From: Selaginella moellendorffii
Lineage: Eukaryota > Plantae > Lycopodiophyta
NCBI RefSeq assembly: GCF_000143415.4
Contig: NW_003314286.1
Location: 1,239,718 to 1,303,717, forward strand
Reading direction: 5' to 3'
DNA: 64,000 bases
The notes below the pieces were generated by a model, which did no database searches, had not been told where the DNA came from, and worked only from the letters and a program-made list of their open reading frames with translations. Shown here in pieces: positions 36,869-46,256 of the stretch. Positions within the stretch are counted from its first letter, which is position 1, and the number at the start of each line of letters is the position of its first letter. The position numbers were made by a program, and so were the translations under genes.

Positions 36869-38743
36869 ATGGAGCTCGCGGAGTGCATCCGCCTCGTTCA
36901 ATCCTGCCACAGCATCGCATCCGCGAGAGAAGTTCACTCCAAAATCGCCCACCACTCCATCCCAACCAGCGCTTTCCTCGCAAACAAGCTCATCGAGATG
37001 TACGGGCGATGCGGCAGCGTTCCAGACGCCCTGGCCGTCTTTGATTCCATGGGCCCGAGAAAAGATGCCTTCACCTGGGTGTTCATGCTGTCGGCATATT
37101 CTCGAAATGGGCATCTCGACGAGGCCCGGAAGCTCTTTTGCGACTGCATGCCGTACCACAGCCTGGTGGGGTGGACGGCCCTGCTGGATGCGTACGGACA
37201 GCAAGCTAGACTGGATGATGCTCGCCACGTGTTCGAATCTATGCCCGAGTGGGACCAGGTGTCCCTCAACGCAGTGCTATCGGCATACACCCGGCATGGG
37301 CATCTAGCATTTGCGGAGATTATATTCTCTGCCATGCCACAGAGGAACCTCGTTTCTTGTAACGCAATCTTAGCAGCGTACGCTCAAAATGGTCAGACCG
37401 TATATGCAAAACAAATATATGATTCAATGCCGGAATGGGATTTGGTGTCGCTGACTACTATCGTTGTAGCATATGCCGTTTCAAGGCATGTAGAGAATTC
37501 GAAGATATGTTTTGACCAAATGCCGCTCAGGAACCTTGTGTCTTGGAATTCGATGCTGAGCTCCTACACTCAAAACGGGCATTCAGCGGAAGCTAAATTG
37601 TTTTTTGATAGCATGCCACAGCATGGTCTAGTGTCACTGAATTTGATGCTTTCCTTGTATGCCCAGAATGGCCTCCACGACGAGGCAAAGTCTCTGTTCT
37701 ACCAAATGCCACAACGTGATGTTGTCTCTTGGAACACGATGATCTCGCTGTACGCAGACCGGGGAGATGTTGGGATAGCCACAAAGCTCTTTGATGAGAT
37801 GCCGTACAGGAATATCGTCTCGTGGAATGCCCTGCTTAGTGCTCACAGCCAAGCTGGGCATGTTGAAGAGGCCAAATGTCTGTTTGATCAGATGCCACAG
37901 AGGGATCTGATCTCGTGGAACTCAATTCTTGTGGCATTTGTCCGGAATGGGCATTTTGAGTATGCAATGAGGACTCTAGAGACCATGCCCGAGCAAAGCC
38001 TTTATGCTTTGACTGCTATGATAAGCACGTATGCCCAAGTCGGGCATATCGAGAGCGCTTGGAAAGTTTTCAGTATCGTTTCTGGAAGAAACACTGTTTT
38101 GTGGACTGCGATGCTTGTCGCTTTTGGAGAAAACGGCTATGTTCAAGAAGCAAAGCTTTTGTTTGATCAGATGGAAGGAAAAGATGCCGTTGTTTGGAAT
38201 TCAATGCTGTCGGCGTATGCCCATAAAGGGCATCACGCTGATGTCTCAAAGCTTCTTAGAACGATGCCTGAGCCAAGTCTAGTGTCTTGGAATGCTGCTC
38301 TCGGTGCATATGCCCGTCACGACCACAACTCTAGCAAGGTTTTCAATTCTTTATACACCATGAACACGATTGAAGCAGTTGACGAGACGTGCTCTAGTTT
38401 GGTGCTCCTGGCTTGCAGCCACAAGGGCGAAGTTTACGTTGCTCGACGATTCTTTATTTCAATGGTGTGGGACTTTGAAGTGGTGCCGACCAAGCAACAC
38501 TACTGCTGCATGGTTGATATTTTGAGTCGCGCCGGTCACTTGGCCGATGCCAAAGAGCTCATCGAGACCATGCCTTTTGTGCCCGATTCTTTCGAGTGGC
38601 GGTGCCTGCTCGCGGCTGGACGATCCCACGATAATCTTGGAGATGGAATTGCAGCAGCAACTAATGTTTTTGGTCTGGATCGCAGTGATGCAACAAGCTA
38701 TGTGTTGTTATCTAATTCTTACTCGATCATCAAGAGCAGTTGA
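36869..38743 (+). CDS. PLS-class PPR protein with E domain, no DYW
   Basis: 624-aa ORF of 31-aa PPR repeats, then HYCCMVDILSRAG, MPFVPD and SYVLLSN. Confidence 0.93.
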   Translation: MELAECIRLVQSCHSIASAREVHSKIAHHSIPTSAFLANKLIEMYGRCGSVPDALAVFDSMGPRKDAFTWVFMLSAYSRNGHLDEARKLFCDCMPYHSLVGWTALLDAYGQQARLDDARHVFESMPEWDQVSLNAVLSAYTRHGHLAFAEIIFSAMPQRNLVSCNAILAAYAQNGQTVYAKQIYDSMPEWDLVSLTTIVVAYAVSRHVENSKICFDQMPLRNLVSWNSMLSSYTQNGHSAEAKLFFDSMPQHGLVSLNLMLSLYAQNGLHDEAKSLFYQMPQRDVVSWNTMISLYADRGDVGIATKLFDEMPYRNIVSWNALLSAHSQAGHVEEAKCLFDQMPQRDLISWNSILVAFVRNGHFEYAMRTLETMPEQSLYALTAMISTYAQVGHIESAWKVFSIVSGRNTVLWTAMLVAFGENGYVQEAKLLFDQMEGKDAVVWNSMLSAYAHKGHHADVSKLLRTMPEPSLVSWNAALGAYARHDHNSSKVFNSLYTMNTIEAVDETCSSLVLLACSHKGEVYVARRFFISMVWDFEVVPTKQHYCCMVDILSRAGHLADAKELIETMPFVPDSFEWRCLLAAGRSHDNLGDGIAAATNVFGLDRSDATSYVLLSNSYSIIKSS

Positions 38744-38785
38744 ACTTGTTTCGTTCTCAATTGGCGCACACCAAGATCATGGTGA

Positions 38786-39721
38786 TTATGGCTTTGAAGA
38801 AAAGCTGGGTTTAAACACAAAGCTATCTCTATAGCTATCTGGACACCACGCTCCTTTAAGCCACTCCCATTGCCGTCGAACTGGATAGTATGTAACTATG
38901 ACACCTCCAGCGGCTTGCCGGTGAGGCGCGGTCACGTAAAACACGATCACGTCGTCGACCAGTTCCATTCGGAGCGGATAAACACTGAGCTTCGAATCTT
39001 GCAAGTCACTTCCAAATCCCAGGTTTGAGACCTGCACAGGCCGCATGCAATCGTCCAGTTCCCAAATCCGTAAACCGCAGAATTTCAGGCTGTCAATGTC
39101 CCTCCATTCCGTGGCTACGATGAACTTGTCACCACATACACACTTCCCAACGAAAAGCTCTCCTGTCAATACCCACGAATCTGATCTGTGGTTTTCCCTG
39201 CGAAGATCTATGCACGTTTTCGATGCATTTGGTTTTGCAAAAGGTCCTGACCACCCTTTTGACTCCTTTGACGAGTCGTATGTGTACGTGTACGTGTTCC
39301 CGCCACCTTTCAAGGTCAAACCAATTTTATACACTCCCGTAAACGGGTCATGCCTGAACTCCATGTTGGAAACATGTAGATTGAACTGTCCCAAGCTTAA
39401 TCTCTTCCATTTTCTAGTTATCGGATTCCCAACAAATATGTATGGCCATTTCATGCCACAGACGAGCCCAGCAGACGAAGCCCAGAGAGACGCGCTGATT
39501 CTTGACAATCCTTCCACTGGCCAAGCCACAGTCGTCGCAAGTGGATCCCATAGGTGTAAACTATTCCCAAGGTGCAATAGAACGACTAGATTCCTCGCTG
39601 TAAACCACGGGGATTGGACTAGCTCGAGCCACTCCTTGCAAACCAAGCGTGCGCGGAAGAGACTTTGTATGTCAAGGCGCGAGAGAACGTCTAGCATGAG
39701 ATGGTGATCGAGGGGTTCCAT
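38786..39721 (-). CDS. F-box protein with beta-propeller-like C-terminal domain
   Basis: LDHHLMLDVLSRLDIQSLFRARLVCKEW (F-box), ASSAGLVC, VGNPITRKWKRL and C-terminal FVFKPSF. Confidence 0.88.
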   Translation of the reverse strand: MEPLDHHLMLDVLSRLDIQSLFRARLVCKEWLELVQSPWFTARNLVVLLHLGNSLHLWDPLATTVAWPVEGLSRISASLWASSAGLVCGMKWPYIFVGNPITRKWKRLSLGQFNLHVSNMEFRHDPFTGVYKIGLTLKGGGNTYTYTYDSSKESKGWSGPFAKPNASKTCIDLRRENHRSDSWVLTGELFVGKCVCGDKFIVATEWRDIDSLKFCGLRIWELDDCMRPVQVSNLGFGSDLQDSKLSVYPLRMELVDDVIVFYVTAPHRQAAGGVIVTYYPVRRQWEWLKGAWCPDSYRDSFVFKPSFSSKP

Positions 39722-39792
39722 TTGCGCTAAAAAGGAAGTTTTTACCCAATTCAATAAAAGGAGAGAAAAAGGGATCAATTCACCTTTATGTT

Positions 39793-41838
39793 ATGCCCAT
39801 CTCTCCTGCTCAATCTAGCCCATCCAAATGTATTGAGGATTTTTCTTCGTCAATCCGCGAAGCCAACCACCTCATTGAGATGTATGGAAGATCCGGGAGC
39901 GTCGATCGAGCACGGCAAGTGTTTGACGACATCGCGGCTAAGGATCAAGCATCGTGGTCGCTGCTGCTGTTGGCGTATTCCCGGAATGGGTATGTGCGAG
40001 AAGCCAATAGCGTTTTTTATGCCATGCCGGAATGGTGCATGGTATCGCTCAATTCTATGCTGGGATGCTACGTGAAAAATGGGCTGCTGGAGGACGCTGA
40101 GAAGTTCTTTTTTGATTGTATGGCCCTGTGGAGTGTGGTGTCGTGGAACACTGTTATATCTGGCTATGCCCAGTCTGGGGATTGCGAGGATGCGAAGAGG
40201 GTGTTTGATTTGATGCCTTGGAAGAATATGGTGTCGTGGAGCTCGATGCTTGTGGCTTATGCTAATGACAAGAAGCTCAAGGACGCAGAGGAAATATTTT
40301 GTGAAATACCTTTGCTTGACACTGTCGCCTGGACATCTATGCTGGTTGCATATGCCCAAAACGGGGTTTTAAACAAGGCCGAAGAGATTTTTGGCAAAAT
40401 GCCAGAGAGAAACTTGGTGTCCTTTAATGCAATGCTTGCAGCATTTTCACACAGCAATAATGTCTTAAATACGGAGTATTTCTTCAAAGAGATGCCAGAG
40501 AAAAATGTGGTTTCTTGGAATGCCATGCTTGCAGCATATGCCCAAACTGGGCATTTGGAAAACGCTAAGCTCGCGTTTTGCTCTATGTCACAACGTAATC
40601 TCTTCTCTTGGAATTCAATGCTGGCTGCCTACGCCCAGTACGGTCATTTAAAAACCACTAAAGATATGTTTTACTGGAAGATGCCGCAGTGGAACTTGGT
40701 GTCATGGAACACCATGATAAACGCTCACTTGCAAGCCGAGGATTTGGGTGGCGCCAGAGAAATCTTTGCTGCGATGCCGCAGCACGACACCATCGCCTGG
40801 AACTCGATTATGGCAGCGTACGCTCAGCAGGGACTGGTGGAGAACGCAAAGCAGATGTTTGATTCCATGCCTCAATGGAACCAAGTCTCATTCAACGCGA
40901 TGATCTCCGCCTACTCGAATCTACACGAAAGTCATGGCGAAGGATTGGCAGCAGCGAGAAAACTCTTTGATCTCATGCCGCAGCTCTCGCTCGTATCTTG
41001 CAACTCGATGCTATCGCTGCTCTCGGAGAACTCTAAAGTGGAGCGAGCCAAGGAGATGTTCGAGGAGATACCCCAGCGTGACTTGGTTTCCTGGACGGCC
41101 ATGCTCGTTGGGTATGCCCGAGCTGGGCATATCGACGAAGCCAAGAACTTGTTCGATGCAATGCCGCAGTGGGACGTGGTGAGCTTCACGTCGATGCTGC
41201 TGGCATTCTCTCGGAGTGGCCTGGTGGCGGAAGCCAAGCAAATCTTCGACGCCATTCCGCAACACAACTCCGTCTCCTGGGATGCGATGCTGGTTTGCTA
41301 CGCGCAGAGCGGCGATGCTCACTCTTCCAAGCGTCTTTTCGATGCCATGCCGGAGCACGACCTGGTGGCGTGGAATGCGCTCCTCGCGGGGCATGCCCAG
41401 CTCGGGCAGCCCGAGGCTGCGGCGCAAACTTTCGACGAGATAAAAATGGTGGAGCGGCCGGATGCGATCTGCTTCGTGTCGATCATGACCGTTTGCGAGC
41501 TGGAGCAGTGCCGTGAGTGCTTTGTTTCGATGGTTGGAGACTTCGGAGTGGTGGCGAGGAAGCAGCACTACTCGTGTCTTGTGGATGTGCTGGGACGAGC
41601 CGGGCATATCACCAAGGCCATGGATCTCATCACCAACATGCCCTTTGAGGAGGACTGTGTGGATTGGATGTGCTTTCTCGACGCTTGCAGGAGGCACAGC
41701 GATGTGGCCCATGGAGCGCAAGGAGCAAAACGCCTCTTGGAGATTGATCCAGGAAACTCAGCTGCTCTGGTGGTGCTGGGATCCATGTTTACCTTCGGAA
41801 AGGGAGTCAAGGTGGTGGATCAGGTTCTTGGTAAATAA
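39793..41838 (+). CDS. PLS-class PPR protein with E domain, no DYW
   Basis: 681-aa ORF of 31-aa repeats, then HYSCLVDVLGRAG and MPFE. Confidence 0.92.
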   Translation: MPISPAQSSPSKCIEDFSSSIREANHLIEMYGRSGSVDRARQVFDDIAAKDQASWSLLLLAYSRNGYVREANSVFYAMPEWCMVSLNSMLGCYVKNGLLEDAEKFFFDCMALWSVVSWNTVISGYAQSGDCEDAKRVFDLMPWKNMVSWSSMLVAYANDKKLKDAEEIFCEIPLLDTVAWTSMLVAYAQNGVLNKAEEIFGKMPERNLVSFNAMLAAFSHSNNVLNTEYFFKEMPEKNVVSWNAMLAAYAQTGHLENAKLAFCSMSQRNLFSWNSMLAAYAQYGHLKTTKDMFYWKMPQWNLVSWNTMINAHLQAEDLGGAREIFAAMPQHDTIAWNSIMAAYAQQGLVENAKQMFDSMPQWNQVSFNAMISAYSNLHESHGEGLAAARKLFDLMPQLSLVSCNSMLSLLSENSKVERAKEMFEEIPQRDLVSWTAMLVGYARAGHIDEAKNLFDAMPQWDVVSFTSMLLAFSRSGLVAEAKQIFDAIPQHNSVSWDAMLVCYAQSGDAHSSKRLFDAMPEHDLVAWNALLAGHAQLGQPEAAAQTFDEIKMVERPDAICFVSIMTVCELEQCRECFVSMVGDFGVVARKQHYSCLVDVLGRAGHITKAMDLITNMPFEEDCVDWMCFLDACRRHSDVAHGAQGAKRLLEIDPGNSAALVVLGSMFTFGKGVKVVDQVLGK

Positions 41839-41964
41839 TCGTTGTGAATAATTTGATCAAAAAAGACTGTATATACACTTTTACACAACAGACTCTTTAC
41901 AGAAGAATAACTTAAACTTGTAACAACTAGGGATCAAACAGAGTCCAAAAGGTTCTATCTATTG

Positions 41965-42295
41965 GAATCTACACGAAAATCATGGCGAAGTATTGGCAGC
42001 AGCAAGAAAACTCTTTAATCTCATGACGCAGGCATTAACGAGCATGGTTGGAAACTCCGTCCACTTTAGAGGTAAGCTTCAAGTTGCAAGAGTCGGGGAG
42101 TGCTCTTGTTTCAATGGCTGGAGATTCCGGAGTGATGGCGAGGAAGCAGCACTAGGGATCTAGCGGGGCACCTCAGCAAGTGGATCTGAGGAGGACCCGC
42201 GGAGTGCACGGAGCAAAGCAGCTCCTGGTCGATCCAGGAGACCGGCTCTGGAAAAGGAGTCAAGCAAGTGGACCAAACGCCGTGCTTGGTAAGCA
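41965..42295 (+). pseudogene. Collapsed duplicate fragments of the adjacent PPR gene
   Basis: 41965-42031 matches 40918-40983. 42097-42295 matches pieces of 41515-41835 with deletions. Confidence 0.8.
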
Positions 42296-42455
42296 AGTCG
42301 TCGTCAATGCTGAAGTCTTCTGACACGACGCGGCGACGCTTATAATACATGAAACTGGGCTACTATAAAAACTTGGCAAATGTTAGAGCCATTCCACAGT
42401 TCAGAGTTCTTACTTGTCTTCGATTACTCGTCACCCAGTGTTCGCAGTAGCATTC

Positions 42456-43046
42456 ATGGCTTATCACCGATCTTCGGCATTCCTTGTGCTCTTCTTGGCT
42501 TGCATGGGTCTGGGATTGTCAGTGGCAGCTGCGACGAGGGAGAGTTTCACGTGCTACTGGACTCCATCTGAGAGTGGTATATGCAGAGGCAAGGCGGCGG
42601 ACACGGCCATCGAGACCTGCGATCCTAAGCAAGAGATAGCTAAGGTGTGTGGCGATTTCTGGAATAAGATTCACACAGAGGGCGCCGGGAAGTTGAAGGA
42701 TGGGCGATACGTGACTTGCCAAGACGGCAATTGCTACTGCTTCGGCGTGACGGATGGTCCCAAGGGCAGCAGAGACAACAACTTGCACCTCTACGTGTCG
42801 ATTGCGGTTCCGGGCGAGAAGTATCCCTTTGGAACGAAGCTCGAGATAAGTCAGCTGAAGGGGCTGGTGCTTCCCGGCGGTGGGCGACACAACGGGTGTG
42901 TTCGGGTGGACGACTCGTGCACAAGCTGTAACATGGACTTCTACGTGGGGCGGAAGAGGAACTACGATGCTATTGACGCGCAGGTCACTGGTGCCTGGGA
43001 TGTTACAAGCGGTTCGAACTGCGAGATTTGGAACTATGGTAATTGA
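42456..43046 (+). CDS. Secreted Cys-rich protein with a 3D (MltA-type, double-psi beta-barrel)-like domain
   Basis: Signal peptide MAYHRSSAFLVLFLACMGLGLSVAAA. SIAV...YPFGTKLEI...HNGCVRVDD...MDFYVG matches the 3D-domain pattern. Intronless, with TATAAAA at 42364-42370. Confidence 0.75.
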   Translation: MAYHRSSAFLVLFLACMGLGLSVAAATRESFTCYWTPSESGICRGKAADTAIETCDPKQEIAKVCGDFWNKIHTEGAGKLKDGRYVTCQDGNCYCFGVTDGPKGSRDNNLHLYVSIAVPGEKYPFGTKLEISQLKGLVLPGGGRHNGCVRVDDSCTSCNMDFYVGRKRNYDAIDAQVTGAWDVTSGSNCEIWNYGN

Positions 43047-43128
43047 GACCCTCCATGTTCTGCTGCACTCTTGAATAGAAGATCGTGATCAAGCCTAATG
43101 GACCTTGCTGCCATGAGTAGCTCCCAAA

Positions 43129-44218
43129 TCATCCCGGACTCTCGAGTAGCTCATCCACAGATAGCTGTAGAATGTTGTGCATGAAACTCGATTTTAGGAA
43201 CTTGGTAGCTTCTCCAGAAGGAAAATGTTCTCCTTGTCATCTCGGCCGACTCGCCAGCTCTCATCCAGGTAGCTTTGGTTTGTCAGGAAAAACTAGCAAG
43301 AGCTGTTGCAAAAGGATACGTGATTTCAAGCCAGCCCGCGGGATTGAAAATGCCTAGCAGGAGGTCGTAGTTCTTCTCAAATAGGTTCATCAACTGCAAG
43401 CAAAAGAATCTAGCACAACTTAGAAACTCTTTGTAACAGTGATGACGGATACCTGGTTTGGAACAATTGTCGATGATTCATACGTGATATCTACGTGCTA
43501 ATCCCTTGAATCCAAAAGACTTAACAATGAAACCAAAGAGAAGAATGCGAGCAAACCGTGGGCGAAGTGATTCGATACGAAGCCGTGATGGTAAGCGAGC
43601 CTCTAAACATTGAAAATGCGGGAACGGTAAACTCGATCGTGTTCACTGCTTTCATCTGCGTTAAGGCAGGCATGTCGAGGAAACAAAAGAGAAACACGAA
43701 AGAAGCCATCGCTAAACCTTCGCTATGTCAATCGTTTGAGTAAAGTCTCCAAGAGAGATGAAGTCTCGAAGCCCGAGTTTAGTACGTTTCGAGCCGAGAA
43801 TGGAGATGGTGCTGTAAAGAAGCTGCCAGTTACCATCCAGCTGCGACAATGAAATCGAAAATCCTTTTAGTGTTGAACAACGAGCATGCGACCTTTGGAA
43901 GATTTTCCATGGGGTTTGGGCATGGATTCAATCTCTCGAGCTCCATGATAAGCTCCTCAATCGCGATTTTCTTTGGGGTCTGGACTCCAAATATCCCCCT
44001 GTTGATACCTACGCGAAAGGAGGCATAGACACATTGTCCTAGAACAGATAGAGCAAGAACAGACCTTTTAAGTTATCCTTGATGGAAGATTTTAGATCTC
44101 GCAGCTCTGGAGCAGTGAGCGCAAGAGATTCCTCCTTGCAGGCCAATCTTGTGCTGATGCTATTGCAGCAGCGGCTTGGCCACGCCCAACAAGCACCGGC
44201 ATTGATCGCTGCCGCCAT
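43129..44218 (-). CDS. FBN5: Plastid-lipid-associated protein / fibrillin-5, 7 exons
   Basis: Manually spliced with GT-AG introns: MAAAINAG...NLK|[22 protein letters not shown]|[36 protein letters not shown]|..|..|[21 protein letters not shown]|[21 protein letters not shown]. Confidence 0.92.
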
Positions 44219-44269
44219 AGAACACTTTAGGGTTTGTCCTCTTCGTGGGCGGGAGGTTTATTCAAATGT

Positions 44270-46231
44270 ATGTCTCGCGAGGAATTGCTACTGATCGTTC
44301 GCTCCTGCCACAGCTTGAATGCCGCCCAGCAGCTCCACGATCGCATCCGCGAGCTGATCAAGTACCCCGATGCCCACTTCTCGAATCACGTCGTGGACAT
44401 GTATGGGCGCTGCGGCAGCGCCCATCTCGCCCAGCAAGCGTTCGATGGCATCGCCTCCAAGAATTCTTCGTCCTGGAACTTCCTCCTTGCCGCATATGCC
44501 CGAAATGGGCATTTGGAAACCGCCAAGCGCCTCTTTGATTCCATCCCGCAAAGAAATCGTTTCACCTGGAGCATCATGCTAGCGGCTTTCACGAAAAGCG
44601 GCCACGTGGCGGAAGCTCAGGATCTCCTTGATAGGGCTCCAGAATGGGATCTAGTCTTCACAACCGAGATGCTCACCGCATATGCCCGAAGCGGGCACCT
44701 TGAAAAAGCCGAAAGAATCTTTCACAGCATGGCCGAGTGGGACCTCGTGTGCTTCGGCGCGATGATAACGGCATATTCGCAGTCCGAACACGTGGCAAGA
44801 GCCGAGAGATTCTTTGACTGGATGCCGGGGTCGAACCTCGTGTGCTGGAACGCCATGCTGGCTACTTATGCCCAAAACGGGCATCTGCTGCGTGCCAAGG
44901 AGCTGTTTGACCGGATGCCACGTCGGAATCTGCTGACGTGGAATTCTATGCTGGCGGCGTGCTCCCAGCACGGCTACGAGCAGGAGGCGAAAGAGGTGTT
45001 CGATCGCATGCCGGAGTGGGATCTGGTGTCGTCTACGTCGATCCTGACGGAATTTGCCAGGATCGGACGGTTGCCGGACGCCATGCGATTGTGGGAGGCG
45101 ATTCCGGAGCAGAATCGCTTTATTTCGACGGCGATGGTGGCCGTGTGCGGAAAGAACGGGTTGTTGGTTGAGGCCAAAGAGATCTTTGATCGGATGCAAG
45201 AGCGTGATATGCCGTCTTGGAATGCGTTGCTCGCTGCGTATACCCAGAATGGTCATCTTGTGCGAGCTAGAGAGGTGTTTGATTTGATGCCGCGGCGAAA
45301 CATGGTCTCGTGGAACACAATGCTGGTGTCATTTGTCCAAACGGGCGACCTCGACTCCGCGGAGACGCTGTTTTATAAGATCCCACAGCAGAATATCGTC
45401 TCTTGTACGGCAATGCTCGTTGGCTTTGCCGAGGGTGGTAACCTCCACAAAGCCGCTAGAGTGTTCCGTGCGATGCCCACACAGGACGTGGTTTCATGCA
45501 CGGCAATTCTTTCTGCATATGCCCAATCTGGGCATCTGGAAGATGCTCATTTTCTTCTCCGTTCAATGCCGGTCCAGAACCTTGTTTCGTGGAACGCAAT
45601 GTTATCTGGCTACGCCAACTTTGGCCATCTTGACGAAGCGTATTCTTTGTTTGTAAGCCTCCCTGAAAAGAATCTAGTTTCCTGGAACTCAATGCTCGCA
45701 GGATATGCCCAAAACGGGCATGCTGAAGCCGCAGTGACGGTGTTTCACGGCATGCCCGAGAGGGACATCGTGTCCTGGAACTCCTACTTGGGCGCGCTCG
45801 CGTTTAACCGGGGTAGCGTTCGCGTCGCGCTCGCCCAGTACGAATCGATGAAGCTCACGGACAATCCCGACGAGGTGTGCTTCGCGATCGTGTTGCTGTG
45901 TTGCAGCCATGCCGGGAAGATCCGGGGCGGGATCCAGCGCTTCCTGGCGATGAGCTTCGATTTCTCGGTGGCCGCGACGAGGAATCACTACTGCTGCCTT
46001 ATCGATCTGTTTGGGCGCACTGGGCATCTCGCCGAGGCCGCGGATTTGATCGCCCATATGCCATTTGAGCCCGATTCTCTGGAATTGCGATGCCTGCTGG
46101 GGGCGTGTAGGACGCATGGGAATCTCGAGCACGGCGCGCGCGTTGCGAGCTTTGTGCTGGGATTGAGAAGGGAAGAATGCGCCTCCTATGTGTTCCTCGC
46201 GAGCATCTACACGCACGCTCTCAAAATTTAG
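44270..46231 (+). CDS. PLS-class PPR protein with E domain, no DYW
   Basis: 31-aa repeats, then HYCCLIDLFGRTG, MPFEPD, LLGACRTHG and SYVFLASIY. First ATG is at 44270. Confidence 0.93.
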   Translation: MSREELLLIVRSCHSLNAAQQLHDRIRELIKYPDAHFSNHVVDMYGRCGSAHLAQQAFDGIASKNSSSWNFLLAAYARNGHLETAKRLFDSIPQRNRFTWSIMLAAFTKSGHVAEAQDLLDRAPEWDLVFTTEMLTAYARSGHLEKAERIFHSMAEWDLVCFGAMITAYSQSEHVARAERFFDWMPGSNLVCWNAMLATYAQNGHLLRAKELFDRMPRRNLLTWNSMLAACSQHGYEQEAKEVFDRMPEWDLVSSTSILTEFARIGRLPDAMRLWEAIPEQNRFISTAMVAVCGKNGLLVEAKEIFDRMQERDMPSWNALLAAYTQNGHLVRAREVFDLMPRRNMVSWNTMLVSFVQTGDLDSAETLFYKIPQQNIVSCTAMLVGFAEGGNLHKAARVFRAMPTQDVVSCTAILSAYAQSGHLEDAHFLLRSMPVQNLVSWNAMLSGYANFGHLDEAYSLFVSLPEKNLVSWNSMLAGYAQNGHAEAAVTVFHGMPERDIVSWNSYLGALAFNRGSVRVALAQYESMKLTDNPDEVCFAIVLLCCSHAGKIRGGIQRFLAMSFDFSVAATRNHYCCLIDLFGRTGHLAEAADLIAHMPFEPDSLELRCLLGACRTHGNLEHGARVASFVLGLRREECASYVFLASIYTHALKI

Positions 46232-46247
46232 GGTTTAGCTAGGGTTT
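46229..46247 (-). promoter_or_regulatory. Two telo-boxes (AAACCCTA) directly upstream of UTP10
   Basis: TAGGGTTT at 46229-46236 and 46240-46247. Telo-boxes are typical of plant ribosome-biogenesis gene promoters. Confidence 0.7.
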
Positions 46248-46256
46248 TGGAGGAAA

